Shown here one piece after another: positions 29,269 through 38,597 of a DNA stretch of 64,000 bases. The stretch's first letter is position 1. Every line of letters starts with the position of its first letter. The notes under the pieces are model-generated. The model searched no databases and was not told the DNA's origin. It saw only the letters and a list, made by a program, of their open reading frames with translations. The DNA is from Spirochaetaceae bacterium (GTDB lineage: Bacteria; Spirochaetota; Spirochaetia; DSM-2461), in contig JAOPTT010000022.1 in assembly GCA_051531975.1 (NCBI GenBank), forward strand, positions 1 through 64,000. The letters run 5' to 3'. A program made the position numbers and the translations under genes.

Positions 29269-31554
29269 ATGTTGGATCTAAATGAATATCTGCTAAAATT
29301 GAATGATAATAAATTACATGACAATAATGTTCTTAAATTATTTATACTCTTTTGGGATGAAATATCAATTAATATAAAAGATCCTTCCAATAAAAAAAAT
29401 AACTTTGATCATCTATTAAGAAAATATCAGTTTTCTAATGCACCAATCAATAAGAAAATTAAAAACAACAACAATAACCAACTAATTGATAATGATTTAA
29501 GAATAAAAAATATTTTTATGCACTCAGTAAAAGGTATTGAACCCTTAAAAAAAGAATATCCCCAAATACCCTACGGAATAAATCTTTACAAAAATTCGAA
29601 AGTAAATAGTGCTATTATCATTGGTAATAATGGTTCAGGGAAATCATCTATTTTCTCAGCATTAGAGAAAATTTATACAGGTAGAATTGGAGAACAAGAA
29701 ATAAGAGAAGCTAGTGGTAATTATCTTCAGAGTAAAAATACTAATACTGCTCCATTCTGTTCTATTACTACGATTAATCGTGAGTTTAGTTTAGATGAAC
29801 CAATCTATAAACAAATAGATTTGATTAGTTCTAACCCAGATAGTAGTTTTATTAGTGAATATGATATTCAACAAAATAGTGTAATAAATACTGATGGATC
29901 AAATAATGGTCTTTCTGATCTAATTGCTTCACAAATTGGGTTAACAGATTTTCTAAATTTAAAAAAATATTGTTATGAAATAAACAACTACAGAAGAACA
30001 AGTGAAACGAGTAATTACAATAAAAATATAAAAAGACAAAATTCAATAAATGGTGAAGTAAAAAAAATAAATGAACGAATCGATAACTTAAAAGATAACA
30101 ATATAAAATCAGATGAATCTTCATACTCATTAATAAATGAAGTAAATAAAATGATTTTGAAGTTTGAAAATGATTTGGTTGATGACTTTAATTTTACTCC
30201 AATAGTAGAACATATAAGTAACTTTTCATCATTATTTGCTAAATACAATCTTTTAAAAGATACTCATAAATTGAATAAAGGGAATTTTTATGAACAAGGA
30301 CTAGAATTTTTAAAAAGTGAAACTGATTGTCCATTTTGTGGTAATTCGAAACTAGATTTTAATGAAATAAAGGTTTTGATTGAAACTGAAATTAATAAAG
30401 ATAAAGAAACGATTAAATTAAGAGAAGAAGTAATACAAAATATAAATAAAATTTCACTTCTTTCGCATGTATTTGTAAATTCATATACTAAATTAAGAAA
30501 TATATTGTTTGATGATTTAAATTTGAATATTAATTCTGAAGGGGAGTTTGAAGTCTATAAATCAACAACAAAAGATTTTTTAAATAATAACTTATTTTAT
30601 GAAGAATTAAGTGAGTTACTAGTTTTTTTAGACAATAATAAAAAAATAAGTGATTCCGAAATTTTTAAAAAGCATGAAAAAGTAATCAGTATTTTTTCAA
30701 AATTCAACATAAATCATGAATTAGAGATATTAGAAACTCATCTACATATAAGGGATGAATTTGTTTCAAATATTCTTAAGTTTTTAAAACAGATAGCTAG
30801 CTTAGACGATAAACAAGATGCTGATTTTGAACTTAAGTCATTAGAACAAAATATTAGTAATTTAAAAATCGAGTATAACGATTTACAAAAAAACGAACCT
30901 AATTTAGATCAGCAAAAAGAATTATATAATAATATAAAAAATGATATTAAAGTTTTATATGATATTATAGCTGTAGAAATTGAAAATATAATAAAAGAAG
31001 AGATAGCCCCACTCAAAAGTACTGTTGAAACAACTATGAAACCTTTTTTGACTGAAGATGATATTGAATTAGAAATTAATTTTGAAAATGAATTAACTAT
31101 TTCATTAGTAAAAAATGGATCTTTTTTTAACCCTAAAGAATATTTTAATAATGCAAGATATAAAATATTCTGTGGAGCATTAGCAATTGCAATAGCATTA
31201 GCATCAAGGAAATCATCAGGTGTTAATTTACCTTTAATAATGGATGATGAATTTTTTGATTGTGATATTCTTAATAGAATACAATTTGAAATATTTTTTG
31301 AGAGCATTTTATCTTTATATAAAAATACTACTCCAGAAATGCCTCTACAATTTATATTATTTACACATGATGAATTAATTTTTGAAAGTGCAAAAAAAGC
31401 GGTTATATCTTATCAATTAAAGAATAATGTAGTTTGTAATGACACAATATATGCCAGATTATTTCCCTCGACCCAAACCAATAATGAACCAGAAAGTATA
31501 AATGACTTAAGATTTTGGAATTTACTATATGAGTTTAAATATGGAGAAAAATAG
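29269..31554 (+). CDS. Rad50/SMC-like ABC ATPase with a zinc hook
   Basis: Walker A GNNGSGKS, coiled coils, central CPFC, Walker B LIMDDEF, H-loop FTHD. Confidence 0.85.
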   Translation: MLDLNEYLLKLNDNKLHDNNVLKLFILFWDEISINIKDPSNKKNNFDHLLRKYQFSNAPINKKIKNNNNNQLIDNDLRIKNIFMHSVKGIEPLKKEYPQIPYGINLYKNSKVNSAIIIGNNGSGKSSIFSALEKIYTGRIGEQEIREASGNYLQSKNTNTAPFCSITTINREFSLDEPIYKQIDLISSNPDSSFISEYDIQQNSVINTDGSNNGLSDLIASQIGLTDFLNLKKYCYEINNYRRTSETSNYNKNIKRQNSINGEVKKINERIDNLKDNNIKSDESSYSLINEVNKMILKFENDLVDDFNFTPIVEHISNFSSLFAKYNLLKDTHKLNKGNFYEQGLEFLKSETDCPFCGNSKLDFNEIKVLIETEINKDKETIKLREEVIQNINKISLLSHVFVNSYTKLRNILFDDLNLNINSEGEFEVYKSTTKDFLNNNLFYEELSELLVFLDNNKKISDSEIFKKHEKVISIFSKFNINHELEILETHLHIRDEFVSNILKFLKQIASLDDKQDADFELKSLEQNISNLKIEYNDLQKNEPNLDQQKELYNNIKNDIKVLYDIIAVEIENIIKEEIAPLKSTVETTMKPFLTEDDIELEINFENELTISLVKNGSFFNPKEYFNNARYKIFCGALAIAIALASRKSSGVNLPLIMDDEFFDCDILNRIQFEIFFESILSLYKNTTPEMPLQFILFTHDELIFESAKKAVISYQLKNNVVCNDTIYARLFPSTQTNNEPESINDLRFWNLLYEFKYGEK

Positions 31555-32578
31555 ATTGAGAAAAAGATTTTTTATAAGAATTAATTTAAAATTTGTTTAT
31601 GTATTATTGTTGCTAATTTCTATCGCAAACCTTTTAGCAGTAGTTTATTCATTCAGTAGCTTATCAAATAGTCAGAAAGTGCATTTCCAAAGGTTGGATG
31701 ATAATGAAATAAAAATCTCTGATTTTCAGAAATTAGTTAAAGATTATTCTAATATAATAGATAATTCAAATGAAAAAAAATATATAATTATTGAGAAGAA
31801 AGAAGTAAATAATATTTTAGAACTATTAGTATTTTTAAAAAATGATTTTGAAAACTCAAAGAAAGATGTTATTTCAGAAACTTCATTTTTCATAGATAAA
31901 GTGAATCTGTATTTATCAATTGGAATTGTTTTATTAACATTGATGGGGGTATTTATACCTGTAATAGTACAATCTTTTAGTCAACAAGATATTAAAGATA
32001 AGCAGAAACAATTATCTAAAAATCAAAACTTTCTAAGTTTAGTACAAACAAAGCTATCTAATGATTTTACTGAAAAAAATAAAATTGTAAAAACATTAGG
32101 TTCAGAAATAAAAAATATAGAAAATGAACTTAGAATTGAAAAAGCAGAAATTGATAAAAACAAAGATATTATTAAAACATTGCATAGTGATAGTAAAAAA
32201 ATATTTCCTATACGTCTTGTATTTTTATTAGATAAAACATTGGATAAAGACTTAATTAAACAATTTACTATTAGTCCTCAAAATTATATAAAAAGTATTT
32301 CAATTACAATTAATGAAATTAAAAATGAACTTGAAAACTGTTGTGAAAATGATATATTTCCAGATAATGATAATTTTTTAAAAGGTGGATTGAGAAAGTT
32401 TGTAAATGATTTTGATCTTATCTTATTATCTCTACATGATAGAAGAGCACTAAAAATATATGAAAAAATAATAATAGAAATTAAGAGATTTGTAGAATTA
32501 GAAAATTACACTACAGAATCATATATACCATTAATTGATGTATTTTCATCTGTATCTATTGATATCGTTAATGTATAA
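31529..32578 (+). CDS. Two-TM coiled-coil hypothetical protein
   Basis: TM segments FVYVLLLLISIANLLAVVYSF and LYLSIGIVLLTLMGVFIPVIV; overlaps the end of the ATPase gene. Confidence 0.75.
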   Translation: MSLNMEKNRLRKRFFIRINLKFVYVLLLLISIANLLAVVYSFSSLSNSQKVHFQRLDDNEIKISDFQKLVKDYSNIIDNSNEKKYIIIEKKEVNNILELLVFLKNDFENSKKDVISETSFFIDKVNLYLSIGIVLLTLMGVFIPVIVQSFSQQDIKDKQKQLSKNQNFLSLVQTKLSNDFTEKNKIVKTLGSEIKNIENELRIEKAEIDKNKDIIKTLHSDSKKIFPIRLVFLLDKTLDKDLIKQFTISPQNYIKSISITINEIKNELENCCENDIFPDNDNFLKGGLRKFVNDFDLILLSLHDRRALKIYEKIIIEIKRFVELENYTTESYIPLIDVFSSVSIDIVNV

Positions 32579-32680
32579 CCCTAAGGATTGATTCGACTAT
32601 AAAGGCCAAACACCTCGAGATCTTCAATTAAATGAGATTATTCTATGGTCTTTATCGTCGATTTCAATCCAATGTTCCTG
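32573..32680 (+). repeat. attC-like site 2 (108 bp)
   Basis: GTATAAC contains the upstream stop codon; ggattga-ttcgac-tataaaggcca / tggtctttat-cgtcga-tttcaatcc arms; AAT-GTT right core. Confidence 0.8.
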
Positions 32681-32690
32681 TAAGGCATCA

Positions 32691-32825
32691 TAATAACTCC
32701 AATAAACCACAAAATAACCTCAAATATAGCCAAAAATATAACTTTTACTATATGTACAATCAGAATGAATTATGTATTAATTAAAAATGAACTGAGATGG
32801 TGTAAATATAAATCTTTTCACAAAA
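32691..32825 (+). repeat. 135-bp element, copy 2
   Basis: Diverged direct repeat of 26686-26820, starting 10 bp after attC-like site 2. Confidence 0.88.
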
Positions 32826-33016
32826 ATAAAAGTAGTTTTTTTATATGGAAAACTCGTGATTTAAGATGTTATATTTATATAAAAATTTATCGTTATTAGA
32901 TTTATAAAATAAACATCTAGAACTAAAACCCTTTACGACATTCAATTTTTTTAATTTATAATAGACGAAAATAATGTTAAAAGTTATTATATAAATGAAT
33001 TTAAAAGGAATATAAA

Positions 33017-35617
33017 ATGGAAAAAGAGAACCAACTCAAAATATTTATCAGTTATCAGCATGATGATGAAGATCATATAATTGACTTTGGACGACAAGTT
33101 ACTCCACTTATTACAAACAAAGAAATTAAGTTATGGAAAGACAGAAAAGTTACAGGTGGAGAGCAACTTTTTGAGGTCATTGAACAAAATTTACGAGATT
33201 CAGATATTATTTTGTTATTTATATCTTCAAACTTCCTAGCTTCTCCAGCTTGTTTAGAAGAAAAAAGAATAGCGATAGAATTAAATAAAGAAAAGAATAC
33301 ACGAGTTATTCCGATAATCTTATCTCCATGTGGTTGGTTAGATGATAAAGAGATTCCTCACAAAATGGTATTTCCAACAGATGGTAAAGAAATTACTAGT
33401 TTTCCTGATAAATTAACGGGTTGGAATGATGTATATAATTCTCTTAAAAAAGTAATAGAAGAAGATAAAATACTAAAAAATTATACAAATAATAAGGATT
33501 TTTTAGATTTTTTAAATTCCACAGATTTCCTAAAAAATTCACATTCAAAAAAAATGGATTTAGAATTAGATGATATTTATATTCCAACCAATTTAGAATT
33601 TTTTGATGATATAAAAAATAATATTCAAACTATAAGTTCTGCAAAATTACTAGAATTTAATAAGAGTACAAGATTTATTATCGCAGGAGAAAACCAATCT
33701 GGAAAAACAACATTATGTAAGAAATTATATAAAGAACTTAGATCTAAAAATTTATTTCCAATTTATGTCAGTGGGCAAAACAAATATTTAGGTACTACTG
33801 AAAATATAATTAGTGAATCAATAAAACAGCAGTACAATTTTGATATATCAGAACTTAACCCCAATAAAATTATTATAATTCTAGATAACTTTCAGTTTGC
33901 AATAAATAAAGAAAAGCATTTATCTTATCTAGACAAATATAAAAAGAAAATTATTGTTATAGATGACATATATAATTTTGGAATAAAAGACAAATCAGAA
34001 CTAGCGAATTATCAAAATTTTAAAATAAAAGAATTTAATCTCAATCTAAGAACACAATTAGTTGAAAAATGGATTTGTATAGGTTTAGAGCCAACTAAAC
34101 GTGCATGTAATGAACATTTCTTATTAATTGATAAAACTTCAGAACTAGTAGAAACTTCATTAGGTAAAATAATAGGGACAGGAATTATGCCATCATTTCC
34201 ATTCTTTATATTATCAATAATAATTTCTACCGAAACCTTTGAAAAACCACTTGATCAGGATATCACATCACAAGGTTACTGCTACCAAGCTTTAATATAT
34301 CTTTACCTAAGAAAACAAGGGATTAAAAACTCTGAAATTGATACTTATATTAACTTCATAACAGAATATTCATACTTCTTATATAAATCAGATAAATCTG
34401 AGATATCAGAACATGATTTTAAAGTATTTATAGGTAATTACACTGAAAAATATAATTTAAGTATAAAAATTGAATTAATTTTAAAGAATTTATGTGAAGC
34501 ACAAGTAATTAAAATATCAAGCACTAGAAATTATTCTTTTACTTATCCGTATATATTCTATTTTTTTGTTGCAAGATATTTTTCTGAACATTTAGAAACA
34601 GAAAAAGGAGAAATAGATATAATAATTAACAATTTACATATGGATCGTAATGCATATATTACAATATTTATCAGTCACCATAGTAAAAATAACTATGTAT
34701 TAGATGAAATAATTTTAAATGCATATTGCCTATTTGATAAGCATAAAGAAGCAACATTAAGTTCAGATGAATTAGCTTTCTTTGATGAACAAGAAGAAAT
34801 AATCGCTAAAGCGGTATTATCTGACGAATCAAATCCAGATGAGACCAGAGCTAAAAGATTAAAAAATACTTCAGATATTACCGTTGAAAGTCCAAATAAT
34901 GTAAATAAAGAAAATGATTATATAGATAATGAAGAAAATAAAAAATATAATCAAATTCCAATAGAATTAAGAAAAAGTATTAAGACTATAGAAGTTATGG
35001 GTAGAATAATTAAAAATAGATCAGGATCTTTAGAGAAAAAAAGACTCGAATCTATTTTTGAAGAAGGTGTAAATGTTTACTTGCGACTATTAACTTCTTT
35101 CTTTGGATTAATACAAAATGAAGAAGAAATAAATACAGTTATTAAATATATTGAATCTAGATTAAAAGAACATATTGATAAACTTAAAGAAGATGATAAA
35201 ACACTTGATCAAGATGCAATCGAGAAAATATCAAAAAATATATTTTGGAACATGAACTTTTTTACAGTCTTTGGAATTATTGATAAATTAATACATTCTT
35301 TAGGTAGTGATTCATTGATAAATGTCGTAACAAAAGTATGTGATAATATAGATACACCTGTTTCAAATTTGATAAGACATGGAATTTTTATGCAATACAA
35401 TAAAAATGTAAGAACAGATGAAATCGAAGAAATGTTTAAAGATCTAAACTTTTCTGAAACAGCAAAAAAAATAATTAGATTTATGATTGTTGAGTATTCC
35501 AAAGTTCATCATATTGATTTTAGAGATAAACAAAAAATACAAAATCAACTTGGAATACCTGTAAAAACATTACTTAAAAAAGAATCGAAACATATAAAGG
35601 ATGCTATTAAAGAATAA
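33017..35617 (+). CDS. TIR domain + STAND/NACHT-like P-loop NTPase (candidate anti-phage protein)
   Basis: IFISYQHDD...ILLFISSNFLASPACLEE (TIR with catalytic-position Glu), VIPIILSPC; Walker A GENQSGKT, Walker B IILDNF; YSFTYPYIFYFFVARY winged-helix-like motif. Confidence 0.85.
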   Translation: MEKENQLKIFISYQHDDEDHIIDFGRQVTPLITNKEIKLWKDRKVTGGEQLFEVIEQNLRDSDIILLFISSNFLASPACLEEKRIAIELNKEKNTRVIPIILSPCGWLDDKEIPHKMVFPTDGKEITSFPDKLTGWNDVYNSLKKVIEEDKILKNYTNNKDFLDFLNSTDFLKNSHSKKMDLELDDIYIPTNLEFFDDIKNNIQTISSAKLLEFNKSTRFIIAGENQSGKTTLCKKLYKELRSKNLFPIYVSGQNKYLGTTENIISESIKQQYNFDISELNPNKIIIILDNFQFAINKEKHLSYLDKYKKKIIVIDDIYNFGIKDKSELANYQNFKIKEFNLNLRTQLVEKWICIGLEPTKRACNEHFLLIDKTSELVETSLGKIIGTGIMPSFPFFILSIIISTETFEKPLDQDITSQGYCYQALIYLYLRKQGIKNSEIDTYINFITEYSYFLYKSDKSEISEHDFKVFIGNYTEKYNLSIKIELILKNLCEAQVIKISSTRNYSFTYPYIFYFFVARYFSEHLETEKGEIDIIINNLHMDRNAYITIFISHHSKNNYVLDEIILNAYCLFDKHKEATLSSDELAFFDEQEEIIAKAVLSDESNPDETRAKRLKNTSDITVESPNNVNKENDYIDNEENKKYNQIPIELRKSIKTIEVMGRIIKNRSGSLEKKRLESIFEEGVNVYLRLLTSFFGLIQNEEEINTVIKYIESRLKEHIDKLKEDDKTLDQDAIEKISKNIFWNMNFFTVFGIIDKLIHSLGSDSLINVVTKVCDNIDTPVSNLIRHGIFMQYNKNVRTDEIEEMFKDLNFSETAKKIIRFMIVEYSKVHHIDFRDKQKIQNQLGIPVKTLLKKESKHIKDAIKE

Positions 35618-35621
35618 TAAA

Positions 35622-35731
35622 ATATGACAAAACATTGGATTTTAACTTTATTTTGTCATACTTTATGCAAGTAAAATGCATAAAATAAGCCAACCCTAGG
35701 GTCAAAACTTCCATTCAATGCTATGTCTTAT
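35622..35731 (+). repeat. attC-like site 3 (110 bp, GAC/GTC variant cores)
   Basis: ATATGAC...CATTG[G]A...TCAATG...GTCTTAT; internal atgcaagtaaaatgcat and caaccctaggg. Confidence 0.7.
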
Positions 35732-35817
35732 AGTGTTTAGTAAAATTTAGGATACTTTTAGAAAAAATGATTCCTTAAATAGAATTTAAATTTATAATAG
35801 TTTAAAGGATTTAAAAT

Positions 35818-36780
35818 ATGTTAACAGACAATTACTACAAACCAGGAAAATATCAATTTGATGATTCAAAAGAAAATTTTGACTTAAATTTACCATTAAA
35901 TGTTCTTCAAAGGTGTAACTTTGATTTCTTTAAACCAAAGAATGTTAAGATTGGGGTACTAAATAACCTTCTATATTCAGGTAAATATAATTCCGTACTA
36001 GGATTTGATGGTATAAAAAATATTTTAGTTTATTTTAAATCATTATTAAAAAGTTATCAAAGTGATCAGTATGTTCAAGGGAGTGATAATCTTACTAAAG
36101 TGTACCAAGCTTTACTTAGCTCTGGTATTTATATCGTTGACGAATACTTAAATAATGAAATCAAAAATAAATTTGATGATTCTAGATGGTTAACTGCTTA
36201 TAGATATGTTTCTAAAAACTTCCCTAATATAGATTATACCAGCTTCAGAACTATAGTTGAAAGGTTTAAAGAAACGAGAGGGTATTCCTTTTATATTTAT
36301 GAAGATGATACGGAAAATTTAAAAACTGTATTAAAGAATAAAATATTATTTGATGAAGTTGTTGACATCAAGGCAGAACTATTACAACTAAATATGTCTG
36401 AATTAAGAAGTTTATGCACTAAATACTCAGTAAAAGCTGCTAGAACTTTATTAGAAACAGCTGAAAGGCTAGCTAATGAAATAGGAGAGGATATACGAAA
36501 AGATTTACCTGATAGAGTATCATCTAGGGGAAATTTAGTTATAAAAGATTCTGAACTGGCAACTGGAAATGATATTATTTCTTTAGATAAATACTTACGA
36601 GAATTAGCAAAAATAATTAGAAATGAATTTTATTCAATTATTGATTTTAGATCAAAAAATATGTTCTTTGATGAAGTCTATAAAGATCGATCCGAAAGAA
36701 GATTACAAGGACGAATTCAATATGAAGGTAAAATGAAACAATGGGCCAAAGAAAACGGATTTGAAATTTTAAATTTTTAA
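35818..36780 (+). CDS. Hypothetical protein with a SAP-like DNA-binding motif
   Basis: Long ORF with RBS aagga; LLQLNMSELRSLCTKYSVKAARTLLETAERL resembles the SAP consensus. Confidence 0.65.
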   Translation: MLTDNYYKPGKYQFDDSKENFDLNLPLNVLQRCNFDFFKPKNVKIGVLNNLLYSGKYNSVLGFDGIKNILVYFKSLLKSYQSDQYVQGSDNLTKVYQALLSSGIYIVDEYLNNEIKNKFDDSRWLTAYRYVSKNFPNIDYTSFRTIVERFKETRGYSFYIYEDDTENLKTVLKNKILFDEVVDIKAELLQLNMSELRSLCTKYSVKAARTLLETAERLANEIGEDIRKDLPDRVSSRGNLVIKDSELATGNDIISLDKYLRELAKIIRNEFYSIIDFRSKNMFFDEVYKDRSERRLQGRIQYEGKMKQWAKENGFEILNF

Positions 36781-36792
36781 AAAGGAAATATT

Positions 36793-38136
36793 ATGAGTTA
36801 CTTTATTATTGCAGTATTAATACTATGGATTATCATTCTTTATTCAGTTATTAGAACAAGAACAAAAACTATTAAAGAAAAAGACGAAATTTTAAAAAGT
36901 AGAGAAAGTACAATAAAAACTAAAGAATCTATAATTGATAATTTAAACATAGATATAGAGAATAAAGACAAAGTTATTAATAAATATCAACCTATTATTG
37001 ATATTGAAAATGAAGTGATGACTTTACAATCACAAACAGGTCTTTTAGAAATAGATTATAAAAATAATAAAGAAAAATATACTTCTGAGTTAAATGAAAT
37101 AAAAGAATATTTTAGTGAATATGAAATGAAGGTTAATATAGAAGAATTGGGCTATTTCAAACCAAAATATAATTTTGATAGTACATTTGAATATGAAGAT
37201 GCATTAGAAGTAGTAAAGCAAGCCGAAAAAGAGTTAATACGAACGAAGAAAGTTTTTACAGTTCAAGACTTAAAAAATCCAATTGCTAAAATTGCCGTTT
37301 CTTCATTAAATAATTATTGTGAAAGAGTATTTAGTAAACTCACATATAACAATTTTCAAAAATCTAAAGAAAATGTAAAAAAAGAATTTATAAAAATTAA
37401 TAAATTATTAACAGAACAAGGATTTACGATTGTTGAGGAATATTATTTCTTGAAAATTCAAGAAATGGGATTAATATATGATCTATTAGAATTTGAATAT
37501 GATTTAAAAGAAGAACAGGCTGAGCTAAAAGCTCAGATGAGGGAAGAAGAAGCTGCAAGAAAAGAAGCTGAAAAAATAAGACTTGATGCAATTAAAGAGC
37601 AGGAAAGATATGAAAAAGCATTAGCACAAGCTCAAATAGATTTACAGGAAAATGAAGGAAAAGATAAAGATAAATTCCTCAAAAAAATCGAAGAATTACA
37701 ATCTAAATTAGATGAAGCATTAACAAATAGGGAGCGAGCTACTGCAATGGCACAAATTACAAAACAAGGTCATGTATATATAATTTCCAATACAGGTTCA
37801 TTTGGTGATGATGTATTTAAAATTGGAATGACTAGAAGAACTGAACCTAAAGATAGAGTCAAAGAATTAAGTGGAGCATCGGTTCCATTTCCTTTTGATA
37901 TTCACGCCATGATCGAAGCAGATAATGCACCCCAATTGGAAAATGAGTTACATAGACATTTTGAAAATAATAGAATGAATAGAGTAAATAAAAGAAAAGA
38001 ATTTTTTAAAGTTAATTTAGATCAAATAGAACAAATATGTGTTGATAAGGGACATAAGTTTAAAATGACAAAAGTGGCAGAAGCAAAAGATTACAGACAA
38101 AGTTTAGAGATAGAAAAAGAACAAATTAGAAGCTAA
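36793..38136 (+). CDS. TM + DUF4041 + T5orf172/GIY-YIG nuclease (SNIPE/PD-lambda-1-like)
   Basis: N-terminal TM, coiled coil, GHVYIISNTGSFGDDVFKIGMTRR, ASVPFPFDIHAMI, LENELHRHF, VNKRKEFF. Confidence 0.88.
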   Translation: MSYFIIAVLILWIIILYSVIRTRTKTIKEKDEILKSRESTIKTKESIIDNLNIDIENKDKVINKYQPIIDIENEVMTLQSQTGLLEIDYKNNKEKYTSELNEIKEYFSEYEMKVNIEELGYFKPKYNFDSTFEYEDALEVVKQAEKELIRTKKVFTVQDLKNPIAKIAVSSLNNYCERVFSKLTYNNFQKSKENVKKEFIKINKLLTEQGFTIVEEYYFLKIQEMGLIYDLLEFEYDLKEEQAELKAQMREEEAARKEAEKIRLDAIKEQERYEKALAQAQIDLQENEGKDKDKFLKKIEELQSKLDEALTNRERATAMAQITKQGHVYIISNTGSFGDDVFKIGMTRRTEPKDRVKELSGASVPFPFDIHAMIEADNAPQLENELHRHFENNRMNRVNKRKEFFKVNLDQIEQICVDKGHKFKMTKVAEAKDYRQSLEIEKEQIRS

Positions 38137-38247
38137 ATATAACAAAAAAAATGAAATTGACAAAATATTGTAATGTTTCCTGCTAGTAATATGCAGGAAA
38201 CACGACAACCCTGCGGGATAATTTCGCAACTCATTTTGACATTAAAT
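38137..38247 (+). repeat. attC-like site 4 (111 bp, right core eroded to ATT)
   Basis: ATATAAC immediately after the stop; aaaatga.attg / caactcatttt arms; tgtttcctgc..gcaggaaaca hairpin; caaccctgcggg. Confidence 0.72.
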
Positions 38248-38597
38248 ATAGGTGGGTACTGCTTGTTATTGTTCTGTTATAAGCCATCGTAAATGGCGGT
38301 AAAATCAACAAACTTCAATATTAATTAGGTCTAAAGCTTAAATTTATGGCTCCAGATTCAAAAAAATGTATTTAGATTAAAATTTATTTAACTTGCAATG
38401 CAAGTAAAGTGAAATAAAAGGAATTATAAAGTATTTTACTGTTTTAATATACTAAAGTAGAATATCTATATAATAGAAGAAAGATTTAGACCATAAATAT
38501 AAATAAAATTTAAACTAATCTTTTTTAATTATTTTGCCAGCGATTAAAACTGGTCAGTTATATAAGATGAGAAATTGTAAATAAGATCAAAGATATT

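Noticed and set aside
29269..31554. RloC anticodon nuclease, SbcC or Lamassu LmuB
   Set aside because: There is no room for a C-terminal HEPN nuclease, no sbcD, and no recognisable LmuA/LmuC partner; kept as an unnamed SMC-like ATPase.
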